A stretch of 54,226 nt of DNA from Paraspadella gotoi (GCA_051294375.1 JBJCIZ010000744.1:795197-849422), one strand, 5' to 3'. Shown: positions 1-14,151, counted from the stretch's first letter. Numbers and translations: made by a program. The notes: a model not told the origin generated them from the sequence alone.

Positions 1-684
1 ACCGAGCGCCACAAACGTTACTTTTTATTAGCGTTACCCATTTCGTATTGGTTTTATTAATTCATTATCATCGTGAGTGGCTAGGCNNNNNNNNNNNNNN
101 NNNNNNNNNNNNNNNNNNNNNNNNNNNNNNNNNNNNNNNNNNNNNNNNNNNNNNNNNNNNNNNNNNNNNNNNNNNNNNNNNNNNNNNNNNNNNNNNNNNN
201 NNNNNNNNNNNNNNNNNNNNNNNNNNNNNNNNNNNNNNNNNNNNNNNNNNNNNNNNNNNNGGGGGGGGGAGAAATCGGATTTGTTTTTAGGACTTTTTTG
301 TGCTTTACTCTTTTATTATTTTTAAAAAGCCGATAATCAATTTATGGCTAACTAATTCGAATATTTCTTAAATTTTTTTCTACTACGTTCTGCCACTTTC
401 CAGAAATTGTTTTGAAGGGAAGACGAAAATCATAATTATCAATATTGACATACAGTGTCTTATAACATTATCAACATTTAAGAAGTTTATTCTATTATAT
501 ACTCGATTAGCTACACACGCCGAGATTTTCAGACATTTCTAATCGAAACCCGATATCTATCGCAATTTCTGCAATATGCTAATTGTATTTCGTATATTAA
601 TGAAAAGCAGAGCAACAAAAACAGAAGGAAACAAACCGATCTAATTAGGAAAAAAGTAATTACTGTAAACAAGAAGGATAAATA

Positions 685-858
685 ATGGCGGCGACGACAT
701 CACAGGAAGAAGATAAAATGGAAGAAGGAGAGAAAGAATTAAAGGAGGAAGGAGAAAAGAAAGAAATAAAGGAAGAAGAAGAAGTGAAAGAATTAAAGGA
801 GGAAGGAGAAACGAAATAAATAAAGGAAGAAGAAGAAGTGAAAGAATTAAAGGAGGAC
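685..858 (+). repeat. Purine-rich 24/27-nt minisatellite (AAAGAATTAAAGGAGGAAGGAGAAAAG / AAAGAAATAAAGGAAGAAGAAGAAGTG) preceded by an in-frame ATG
   Basis: Units visible at 720-858. ATG at 685 reads MAATTSQEEDKMEEGEKELKEEGEKKEIKEEEEVKELKEEGETK then TAA at 817-819. The same satellite recurs at 11170-11300 and, inverted, at 13790-14126. Confidence 0.75.
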
Positions 859-2223
859 CACAGATCCCACAGACGGACCAGCCTCATGCTCTGCTTATGA
901 CATTTAGTTTCTGTTCCCCATGTTCAAAAACTTGCGTCAAAGCTTGACCGAAGACTGAGAAAAAATAAATAAACACTTTGCAGCATTCCTCCTTGTTTAC
1001 TGACTGCTTTCCCCAGCCACAGCCATTTGTTAATAAAAAAAAAAAATTGGACAAAATTTGGATAAAACTTTAAAGATCGGTAAAGCCATCATTTAAACTA
1101 GAAATGAAATAGATTTCGGAAAAGCGTATCGATTTTAAAGTTTTTTGCTCGACTTTCAGTTCTGTAAAATCTACAGAAAAAAAAATAAAAAATAAAAAAT
1201 AAATAAACAAAAAGAGTTGGAGCTAAAACCGTTTTGAAATAAAAATAAACTAAAATTATTTTTTATAAGTATGGAAAGGTGGGAGAAATTCTATGAGAGG
1301 ATTTTGGAAAATGTTACTAGTTTTCAAGATATTTAGAATTTAATGCTAAAATTTTTTTATTCTTTTTTTTTCTTATGAAGATAAGTGAATTTGAAAATCC
1401 CTCTCATAGAATTGGGACCCTAGTCCTCAAGTAAATTTATGTAAAATTTAATGAAAATCCGCTTAGCCGTTTGGGCCGCAACTCTTCGAAAGGTTTCTTT
1501 TATTTTATATAGTATTATAAAATTCAAAAAAACAGCAATGGATTCGAAGAGAAGATAAAGTGAATACATCTTCAGAATCAAACTGGACCTCTACTTTCCG
1601 AATACAAGCTTTATTTAATCCTAATTATAACTTTTGGCCAGTGATCCCAGGCCTTAACCCCCTTAAGCATCTCTTAATGATTCTTTTGACGAATAATTTT
1701 TTTCAATTTTGTTTAAAATTATATTTTATACTTTTTACAAATGGTTTTGAGTTGTTTTTTTTTTTACTTCTAAAACATTAGCAACACTTTAGTAGAAGTA
1801 TTTTTTCAGCTATGTATGAGATTCTTGCTAGATAATGAAATAATTTAAGAAATGACTTAATACATATTCTCATTTGGCTCCCCACTAAATTTTACAAGTT
1901 TTATTCAAAAATTATTTAAATCGTTCTTTTTTTCATTCTGTTTGCCATGAGAAACACAAAACGTCCAATTATTACTAATACCCAATTGGCCTTAATTAAA
2001 CGGGCTTTTAGCATTCTCTCTCTCTCTCTCTCTCTCTCTCGCTCTCTCTTTCTCTCTCTCTCTCGCTCTCTCTTTCTCTCTCTCTCTCTCTCTTCAGTCT
2101 TCTTCTGTGTGCAAGTGTCAGCGACACGCCCATTGAGTTTCCCACTTCGCCTCCCCCCCCCGCCTTCGTTTCTTTAGAAAGCAAGAACACAGAACCGTAG
2201 TCAAATTAAGCTTTTTGTGACCG

Positions 2224-2315
<92 letters not shown>

Positions 2316-3026
2316 CTCTCTCTCTCTCTTTCTCTCATTCTCTATGTCGTTCTCACTTCTTTGTCTCTATTTTTTCTTAAATTATCCTCTCTCTCAATCT
2401 TTCCCCTTAACTACTTTCCCCTCCCCCTCCTCGTCTTCCTCCTCCTCCTCCTCCTCCTCCTCCGCCCAGTCCCCCCCCCTCCTCCATCACTCCATCTATT
2501 AACCGAAAGAGCGAAACAAATGACGTTCATTCCGATGATTTGTTTTTCCGCCGTCGGGCGTCGCCAACGTCGGCATCCTCGCAGGCGGCGTCGTCTCCGT
2601 CGCCATCGCCGATGGTGGCGCCTCAATCCGGCGCCGTCGAGGCCGAATCATCCGACGCCGTCTCTAATTCCGGCGTTCGCGACTGAGAGGAATTAACTGT
2701 TAACTTCACACTTCAATTTCACAGTTAACAGTTCACTCTTCACTCTCTACTTCTTCACACCACATCAAACCACGATCACTGTTTACGCTTCACAGTTAAA
2801 AGATTCACTGTTTAGTGTTAACCCTTCCTACACTTCACAGTTCGCATTTCACACTTCACAGTTCATATTCACTTAATACCATTTCTTGTTTGAACCCTGA
2901 AGAATTACCGAGCCAGGAAATCACGAGTCAAGACCAATATGTGAAATGAATCTACTTTGAACCAAAAATGAAATGAAATGTATCTACTCTTTCCGGCCAC
3001 ATTCAGCCCTACCACTGGCCTTCCGA

Positions 3027-3627
3027 GTAAGGCGTAGTGAAAGTTACATTCGAAAATTATAAAAGTCAATTATGAACAACATACGATCAGTTGAACATTA
3101 GTTTGTAAAAAAAATTAATTTATGTTTTTTTAATTTTCGCAGTAGGCTATATTTATATATAGTACTATCCTTATAAAATCGAAAAATTTCAAACTAGGCT
3201 TTTCTTAATTTTGATTGCAGATTTGAATTTCTCGTCAAAAGTTGATAAAAGAAAATATAAATCATTTTAAAAATTATTTCATTAAGTGGGTTAAAAATTT
3301 AAAAAACTATATTTAATATATAAAAAGTTAATTTTCAGCTTAAAATATAGTTTTTTCTAATTTTTGACCCACTTAATGAAGAAATTTTTTAAAAAAGTAT
3401 TTTATTTCTTTTTATCAACTTTTTATGACGAATCCAAATCTGCAAAAAAATCTTAGAAAAAACTGTTTTGAAATTTTAACATTTATTGGTTTAGTATGGC
3501 CTACTGCGTAAATTGTAAAATTTATTATAAATTTTTTTATTACATAAATGTTTATTAGTATATATTGTTAGTTCCTCACTTTTAGAATTTTAATTAAAGT
3601 TAAATTTAGAATTTTAATACGCCTTAC
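3027..3627. mobile_element. Non-autonomous fold-back DNA element (MITE-like, ~600 bp) with 10-bp terminal inverted repeats
   Basis: GTAAGGCGTA (3027-3036) pairs with TACGCCTTAC (3618-3627). Internal arms are inverted (GCAGTAGGC / GCCTACTGC; AAAAGTTGATAAAAG / CTTTTTATCAACTTTT). The element is absent from the homologous copy near 18240-18270. Confidence 0.85.
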
Positions 3628-4784
3628 TACCCAGTGGCCCACTGGGTAGTACCCAGTAGCCAGCCTCTCCGCTTCACTAGGCTCCAACGCCCGTCAGTCC
3701 GGGTGCTGATCCCCAGTTCGACCATTGCGAAACACATCAACAAACAACAACGCTGACGATAACAACGACGACGACGACGACAACGACGATGATAACTCCG
3801 ACGTCGCATCGTCACGTCGTAACTCGATTTTCTCAATTTTCTTTTTTTTTAATAAAAAAAAAATCAATGTTGCGTCGCCTTCGAGAATCAACGATTCAAA
3901 CAACAACAACGACAAACAACAACAACAACAAAGACGACAAACAACAAGACGACAAACAACAACAACAACAATTCACATGATCGTCATTCGCATCAAAGGA
4001 TCGAGGGGCGACAGAAGCGATTGGCAATTGGCGATCGGCGATACGAGGACCGTCAATACTGAACCGTTCAAATCTTTCTTGGCGTCATAGACGACATCAT
4101 TGGCAACAACAACAACAACGACAACGACAACAACGACGACGTCGTCGACGAAAAAATTATTCATTTTTCTGTCACAAAAATTGTGATGAAAATGCGATTT
4201 CTCATCAACAGAATTTTTTTTAAATCAATAAAAAAAATGTTTTTGGTGATTTTTTTCTTAGATGTCGTTTTGTTTTCGATATGAAGTTTTAAATTTTTGA
4301 GACAAGAGGTGGCGCAGCTTCAAAATTTTGCGGCAACGCGAACAACGACTGACCGACCGCGGAAAAAAGTGCTTTTCTCAGAAATGCGTCGCTGCGTGAA
4401 AAATATCGTTCTTAGAAAGGATTTTGACAAATTGCGTCGTGAATTGAAGACGAAATATTGTGAACGAAGATATTTAAATGGAAAGAGAGAAAAAAAAATA
4501 AAATAAAATGAATAAAATTGTAAAAAAAAATAATAAAAAAAGCAAAACACAAAACAGAAATTTCATTAAGCCACATTGACTTTTTATTGCACAAATTTCT
4601 ATACGGCATATTCTCAATAAGCTTCTTATGCTATGAATAACCATAAGCAATTGAAAAGTAAGTTGTACAGATCAATGAAGGTACAGAAAGACAGAGAGAC
4701 AAACCGAAAAGTGAGTTAAAGAGCTGCACCGCGATTTACGCGTTGCAACTAAGATGATATACATTATATATTTAGAAAGATAAA

Positions 4785-4785
4785 C

Positions 4786-4850
<65 letters not shown>

Positions 4851-4923
4851 TACATTATACATAGATATAGATATAGATAGATATAGATAGACATAGATAT
4901 ACATTATATATTTAGAAAGATAA

Positions 4924-5010
<87 letters not shown>

Positions 5011-5025
5011 TATATATAGATAGAT
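4785..5025 (+). repeat. (GATA)n microsatellite, compound, with a duplicated ATATACATTATATATTTAGAAAGATAAA spacer
   Basis: Directly visible. A shorter mirrored (TATC)n tract lies at about 16655-16755. Confidence 0.95.
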
Positions 5026-5048
5026 ACATTTAAATATGAATAATAGTA

Positions 5049-7291
5049 CACTGTTTTTTTTTAACCATGCAGTCAAAAATTTTTACAATCCTGTACAGTT
5101 TCTAGTATAATTTTAAGTGCTTAAAACGATTAACAAGGTGTCGTCAATCAGATTTTGCGTTAGACCTACGCACAATTGACCGGAAGTTGACGTTGACTAC
5201 AAATGGAATTTTTCTCTTTTCTTTAATTGCAAGATAAGAAAATAGTTTTATAAAAATAATAATTGCCTAAATTTTATGTTACTCTCAATAATTAATAGGT
5301 TTTACTTTAAATTTTTTTTAAAAAAAGGTTCTTACCCATAGTGGGCGTGTCCAAAACCGGAAATGATGCTCAAAAACTGATAAAATACGCAATATTAATA
5401 GTTTTTGATATACTATAAATATAATGGTTTTTTATTATCATATGATAGTTGTATCACAAAGAATTATCATATATATCATAAAAAACTATCATAGCTCTAA
5501 ATAGACAAAATAAATATCAGTTACAAAAGATTCGTTCTTAATAACTTAAAATTCAGAATTAATTTCGTTGTTGAAGAGACATCATATGCACAGGAGATAA
5601 TGATTTAGTATTAAGCAGTTCGTGGTAGGATTTATAAGTATGATTTTCTTACTTTTTTGCCAACATTTTGATTCTTATGAACTAATCATTTTTAAGGCAG
5701 TCCAGAGTAAAAGTAAATTGTTCCAGAAAAAGTCAGGTTGAGAGAGAGAGAGAAGCAAAATACAAAAGAACTGCCTTGAAAAATGATTTGTTCATAAGAT
5801 CAAAATATTAGCATGAAGTAATAAAAATGAACTTGTAAATTCTACTATGAATTGCTTAATACTAAATATTTGTTATTCCTTGTCAAAATGATAAAATATT
5901 TAATAATTTATATTGCTGTATTATTTATTATAATGAAACTTGATATGATATACTCAAGGTTTGAATAAGAGTCGTCTTACTTCTAAACCCTTGGGACTAA
6001 AGTTAAATGAAACTAAATAGAAAAAAAACTAATTAATAAAGTTTATACAGCTTATTAAAACTGATCTTATTTTCGTATCAGATTTTAAACAATGAACATG
6101 TTTCAACTTTTATTTCAAGTCTTCATCCACATTTATGAATTGTATACAGTTTTTTACTTCACAAAAAATATTTGGGAGAGAGAGGAGAGAAAGGAAGAGA
6201 GAGTGAAAATTAGGTGAGAGTAAGGGAAGAGAGAGAGAGAGAAAGAGAGAGAGAAAAATTTTCAACAAAGATTTGAGAAAAGGATAGAGGTCGAGGTGAA
6301 GACAGGTTAGGTTTAGGCCAGAGAGAGAGAGATAGATATTGAAAAAAAAATTTTCACTGTTTAAAGAAAAATCATTGCTTGAACTACTTCAAACTCTTTC
6401 TAATTCAAAAACGCGACAAAAGAAAGGATTTCACATAATGGTATAAATAATATTTTTTTTATTGCTGGATTAAAGGTTTTTTTTTAAGGAAAAGAAAAGA
6501 AAATTATTAATCTGATTAACTTTTTGATGCATGGATATTGTTTTCTCTTCTCCTTCACCTGGAAAAACTTAAAAATAAGGTATTCCCTCTAAAGATTTAC
6601 ATAAAACTTTATGAAAAAAGGGTCTACTTCCGGCTATAGTTTTTGAGCAAAAAAATGGTATGCCAGTAAAAAAATTACTGATAAAAAAAATTAAATTAGT
6701 AAAAGTATTAAAAATTAAAACCAGGAATTGTTAAAATTAGAAAGTCTCATTAATTGAATGAAATGAAATGAAATTTTGAATATTTATAGTTAAAGTTTAA
6801 AGTCCTTTGGCTATAAAAAAACGAATCTTTTTAAGATGTAATAATTGATAAATATGATTGGATTTTTTTTATGATATGGATGTTAATCTTTTGTGATAAA
6901 GCTGTCATATAACAGAAAAAAAACCATAAGCAGTCAGAATAGATCAAAAACATTTAATAATACATATTTAATTGATTATCGAGCACTATTTCCGGTTTGG
7001 GACACGCCCACTATTGATGAAAAGCCTTTATTAAACAATTTTTGTCTAAGTACTACTTATTAAATAATTATACTAATTGCAGGATAAGTAAATAACAACT
7101 GCCTAACTTTTAATTTGTAGTAAAAAGAAAAATTCCATATTGTAGTCCACGCCAACTTCCGGTAAATTGTGCGCAGGTCTAATGCAAAATCTGATTGACG
7201 ACACCTTGTTAATCGTTTTAAGCACTTAAAATTATACTAGAAACTGTACAGGATTGTGAAAATTTCGACTGCATGGTTAAAAAAAACAGTG
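5049..7291. mobile_element. Non-autonomous DNA transposon (~2.2 kb) with long TIRs and CACTG...CAGTG termini flanked by TA (EnSpm/CACTA-like ends)
   Basis: 5049-~5220 is a near-perfect reverse complement of ~7120-7291. Weaker inverted similarity continues about 500 bp inward (TAGTGGGCGTGTCC ~5340 vs GGACACGCCCACTA ~7000). No transposase ORF. Absent in the mirrored copy at ~16640. Confidence 0.88.
5603..5868. mobile_element. Small fold-back element nested inside the 2.2-kb transposon
   Basis: TTTAGTATTAAGCA...TCTTATGAAC..ATCATTTTTAAGGCAGT is mirrored by ACTGCCTTGAAAAATGAT..GTTCATAAGA...TGCTTAATACTAAA around a short GA-rich loop. Confidence 0.7.
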
Positions 7292-7573
7292 TAATAAATA
7301 GATATATAGTTTTAAAAAAGAAAAAGAGAAAAAAAAAGGAAAAGTCAGGCTGACAGGCATGTCAAAAAAAGAGGAAGGGTAAAAATCCATCTGACGCTGG
7401 ATTTCTGACTTGACCTACTTTTTACTTTCCGAAGAGGATTCAAAAAATTCCCCTGACGACGGAAGGACCGACCGACTTAATTTTCGCGCCACGAAAGTCA
7501 ACTTCCGATCGGCGTTTGACCTTGAGAGGACGTAAGGGACGCGATAGAGTCGAGGGAATCGAGGCCAGGACTC

Positions 7574-7616
<43 letters not shown>

Positions 7617-7821
7617 CCCCTCTCTCTGCTCGCAATGAAATGCCGTCAAAGGGTAAGTTGTCTCCGCGTGGACGGCGGCAGCGGCAGCGGCAGCGGCGGC
7701 GTAGCGGCAGGGGACGGGGTGGGTCCCAGGGACCTTCGAGTCTCTTCGAGTCGCTTTCATTTCCGGAAAAAATTTTCCGGACCAAATTGCGACGAGGGAA
7801 TTTCAAAGTAATTTCCGGCGA

Positions 7822-8003
7822 AATTTAATTTGGGATTTAATTTAATTTAATTTGGGATTTAATTTAATTTAATTTGGGATTTAATTTAATTTAATTTGGA
7901 TTTATTTTAATTTAATTTGGGATTTATTATAATTAATTTGGGATTTAATTTAATTTGGGATTGATTTTCATTTAATTTGGGATTTAATTTAATTTAATTT
8001 GAT
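7822..8003 (+). repeat. AT-rich minisatellite (AATTT)n punctuated by GGGATTT
   Basis: Directly visible. Mirrored at about 15940-16105. Confidence 0.9.
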
Positions 8004-8988
8004 TTATGATACATGCCAGCATCGCCACTCAGTCCGATGAACTTGTAATGCTGGAACTACCTTATATAACTAATTCGTTATATTACTATTGCATTGCTCT
8101 TTTATTATTATTTTAGACAAATGAACATTTATATGTTATGATATAATCAGATGTTTTTACTTGTTGTTTCCACAAGGTCTGGAAAATGTTTTCACAATCA
8201 GTTTAAATCAAAATTAATCAACTCAAAACACCTCGTTAATAATTATTGCTTTATCATTGTTAATTAATCATTTTACATTGTACTATTGTACTCATATAGA
8301 TATTGCAATTACTAATTAGTAAATGGAATATCTATATGCTTTGATTATTTTATTAAGGTGATTTTAATCAAGAACCAAATAAGTTGGTTAAGTTCTTTTT
8401 ATAAGACGTTCAATAAATATTTTAGTGCCACGAGCGTCAGCGCCAACGTCAGCGCCACTTCCGGTTCCAAAAACGAAGCCATTGATTTGCGCCATCTACA
8501 GTGTTTCGAAATAAGCTTTTGTTGTAACACCGATTGGAGCTCTTCCTTACTTTACATCCAGCGTACAAGCATACAGCAATAAACCACGCCTACTTCCCTA
8601 CAATGCAATCATAATAGTCAATATTAATTTTTGTCAATGAGTGTTTATTTAATTCTACTAGTCTTTTAGTCGAGTGACTTTATGTAGAATTTAGGTATTA
8701 TGTTATAACTTTTGACCCATTTAGTTCCCTACTACTATAGCTCATATCCGAGCCGATTATTTTCTCCTTTTTCATTTTCCTTTTCTCCTCGCGTCCTTTC
8801 TTCGCTTCTCACTATTTTCTCCTCACTACATCAATCTTCTCCATCATTCTTCTCCATCTTACTCCGTCTTACTCCATCTTTCTTTCCTCTTCCAGAATGG
8901 CCTCGGACTCAAGTACGAACTGCTTCGTTCAGTTTCTCTCTCCATTTCGTGTCCCGTTTTTTTTTATTTTAAAAACTTTTCTAGTTGC

Positions 8989-9097
<109 letters not shown>

Positions 9098-9392
9098 CTT
9101 CTGCTGAAACGTGTATGCAAGATTGCGTGCAAACTTTGTCGCCTTCGTTATTCTTCTCTCTTTGCCAAATGACGACGGCTTTTCTCTGTTGCCAATCCTG
9201 CCAGAAGCTTCAGAAGGCTGACTGCATATTGTGCATTGTGCGTTTCGCATGATGTAAGTTGCGTTAAAAATGTTCGTAAATATTCATGGTTGAGATTTTC
9301 GACAAACCAGAATATGTTACTTAAGGTAAAAAGAAAAAAGGAAAAAAGGTAAAATAGAAGGAGCTAGCAGAAAAACATACAATATTACAACA

Positions 9393-9472
<80 letters not shown>

Positions 9473-9811
9473 TCCTTCTTTCATCGTCGGTTTGGATCAA
9501 TATTCCTTTTTCCTCCAACCAACGACCGGCAAGAGTCATTTCCCATTGTAATCCTCGCAAGTACATTGTATTCTGTTTTTAATCCATCCTTTCTCGTGTT
9601 ATCCACGTTCAAAAAAATGAAGAATTATAAAGAATTGAATATTGAATAAACATGAACATAATCTACATTTAATAAACATTTATGAACGAACGACCCAACG
9701 AAACAGATCAAAGACGGAACGACTCACAGTTGAAAGATCAAAGAAGATTTATTTTTTATATTTTTTTAATTGAGAAGAAAGTATAGTGAAAGCGTAAGGA
9801 GAGGAGAGAGA

Positions 9812-9902
<91 letters not shown>

Positions 9903-9983
9903 ACGCATTTGATATTCAAATGAGAATTTGGGCGAGTTTCCAGGCGCGCGCGAGAAAGAAAGAGAGAGAGAAAGAGAGAAAGA

Positions 9984-10054
<71 letters not shown>

Positions 10055-10334
10055 TGACCGAGGAGATCGCGTGGAAGAGATTTCTGAGATCCAAGGTCGA
10101 CTTTCTTTCTTTTTTTTCTTTTTTTTCTTTTTTTTGGAAAGGCTACTTCAAAGGTTTTTTTTCCTTTTTTATATTATTTTTTAAAAGAGAATATACGGGC
10201 AATAAAGCTTCTACTTTTTTAAAGAAACATACAATATACATTATATACATACATAAAATATACAACAAATAAGGTTTTTGTCCTGATTTATTTTTTTTAT
10301 TAAACGACGCAAAAATTTACCAGAGCAAATGCTC

Positions 10335-10412
<78 letters not shown>

Positions 10413-10492
10413 ACACACTCCCCTCTCAACCTTGAACGCGTCTGGGTCAAAATGGTCGCTTCGACTCCTCCTCATTTCATGTATGTTTTAAA

Positions 10493-10613
10493 GTTACATC
10501 CGGGAATCGTTGTTTTTCCAGTTACATCCAGGAATGGACGCTTCAAGGGACATCCGAAAATCTATGCTTCTCCAGTTACATCCAGGAATCGACGTTATTC
10601 AAGTTACATCCGG
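10493..10613 (+). repeat. Phased GTTACATCC(G/A)GG motif array with a ~27-28-bp period
   Basis: Motif at 10493, 10521, ~10547 (degenerate), 10575 and 10603. Copies at ~11750-11872 (inverted) and ~13118-13238. Confidence 0.8.
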
Positions 10614-10693
10614 TTTTCGATATCACAGTTCCTTCTCGCTTCGTTGATTCTCTCCCCTCGACGTCCATCGAGTCATCAAGGAGAATCTTGGCG

Positions 10694-10694
<1 letters not shown>

Positions 10695-10786
<92 letters not shown>
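10695..10786 (+). repeat. (CGT)n trinucleotide microsatellite
   Basis: About 30 perfect units. Copies at ~11608-11665 (inverted) and ~13320-13411. Confidence 0.95.
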
Positions 10787-10787
<1 letters not shown>

Positions 10788-11608
10788 TTCCTCTGGTCAC
10801 GGTCGTCAATTTAAGAGGATGAGGAGTCTAATTCCTCGTCGTCGTTATCGTCGTCGTCGTCGTCGTCTTTCTTTTTCTTACTTCATGGCTTCTTTATTTT
10901 TTTAGTTATTTTCTCTTTCTCGAGTTTACGTCGTTTTTGTTATAGTGTTTTAATTAATTTATTAACTTCTTCGATATGACGGGATGGCGTTTGTTAGCTT
11001 TTGGTGTTTAATTATTTTTTTTTCTGGTTTAGTAAAGATTTTTCATCTTATCCTAGTTACTCTTGTACATATTTTTTCTCTTTCCTTCGTTTCTTTAATT
11101 TTATTTCATTCCATCTTTTTATATTTCCTCTAATTATTTTTAATTTTAATTCTCTTTTAATTCTTCTACTTTCTTTCTTTTCTCCTTCCTCCTTTAATTC
11201 TTTCTTTTCTCCTNNNNNNNNNNNNNNNNNNNNNNNNNAAGAATTAAAGGAGGAAGGAGAAAAGAAAGAATTAAAGGAGGAAGGAGAAAAGAAAGAAAGT
11301 AGAAGAATTAAAAGAGAATTAAAATTAAAAAAATAATTAGAGGAAATATAAAAAAGATGGAATGAAATAAAATTAAAGAAAACGAAGGAAAGAGAAAAAA
11401 ATATGTACAAGAGTAACTAGGATAAGATGAAAAATCTTTACTAAACCAGAAAAAAAATATAATTAAACACCAAAAAGCTAACAAACGCCATCCCGTCATA
11501 TCGAAGAAGTTAATAAATTAATTACAAACACTATAACAAAAACGACGTAAACTAGAGAAAGAGAAAATAACTAAAAAAATAAAGAAGCCATGAAGTAAGA
11601 AAAAGAAA

Positions 11609-11667
<59 letters not shown>

Positions 11668-12401
11668 CGCCAAGATTCTCCTTGATGACTCGATGGACGT
11701 CGAGGGGAGAGAATCAACGAAGCGAGAACGAACTGTGAATATCGAAAACCGGATGTAACTTGAATAACGTCGATTCCCGGATGTAACTGGAGAAGCATAG
11801 ATTTTCGGATGTTCCTTGAAGAGCGTCCATTCCCGGATGCAACTGGAAAAAAAACAATTCCCGGATGTAACTTTAAAAACATACATGAAATGAGGAGGAG
11901 TCGAAGCGACCAGTTTGACCCAGACGCGTTCAAGGTTGAGAGGGGAGTGTGTGGGAGAGAGANNNNNNNNNNNNNNNNNNNNNNNNNNNNNNNNNNNNNN
12001 NNNNNNNNNNNNNNNNNNNNNNNNNNNNNNNNNNNNNNNNNNNNNNNNNNNNNNNNNNNNNNNNNNNNNNNNNNNNNNNNNNNNNNNNNNNNNNNNNNNN
12101 NNNNNNNNNNNNNNNNNNNNNNNNNNNNNNNNNNNNNNNNNNNNNNNNNNNNNNNNNNNNNNNNNNNNNNNNNNNNNNNNNNNNNNNNNNNGTATATTTT
12201 ATGTATGTATATAATGTATATTGTATGTTTCTTTAAAAAAGTAGAAGCTTTATTGCCCGTATATTCTCTTTTAAAAAAGAATATAAAAAAGGAAAAAAAC
12301 CTTTGAAGTAGCCTTTCCAAAAAAAAAGGAAAAAAAAGAAAAAAAAGAAAGAAAGTCGACCTTGGATCTCAGAAATCTCTTCCACGCGATCTCCTCGGTC
12401 A

Positions 12402-13838
<1,437 letters not shown>

Positions 13839-14151
13839 TCCTCCTTTAATTCTTTCACTTCTTATTCTTCCTTTATTTCTTTCTTTTCTCCTTCCTCCTT
13901 TAATTCTTTCACTTCTTCTTCTTCCTTTATTTCTTTCTTTTCTCCTTCCTCCTTTAATTCTTTCTCTCCTTCTTCTTCCTTTATTTCTTTCTTTTCTCCT
14001 TCCTCCTTTAATTCTTTCACTTCTTATTCTTCCTTTAATTCTTTCTTTTCTCCTTCCTCCTTTAATTCTTTCACTTCTTCTTCTTCCTTTATTTATTTCG
14101 TTTCTCCTTCCTCCTTTAATTCTTTCNNNNNNNNNNNNNNNNNNNNNNNNN

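Noticed and set aside
48-325. ORFs spanning N-runs (also 11809-12306, 16772-17143, 48168-48692, 53511-53897)
   Set aside because: They are open only because N codons are not stops.
817-819. Possible TAA-to-Glu codon reassignment suggested by TAA replacing GAA in the E/K repeat
   Set aside because: The 757-aa AT-rich gene has no internal TAA and ends in TAA, so the standard code fits. A point change spread by repeat turnover is simpler.
10493-10613. CRISPR-like repeat-spacer appearance (also the 47-bp array at 34527-34800)
   Set aside because: The repeats are too short or lack unique spacers, there are no cas genes, and the context is eukaryotic.
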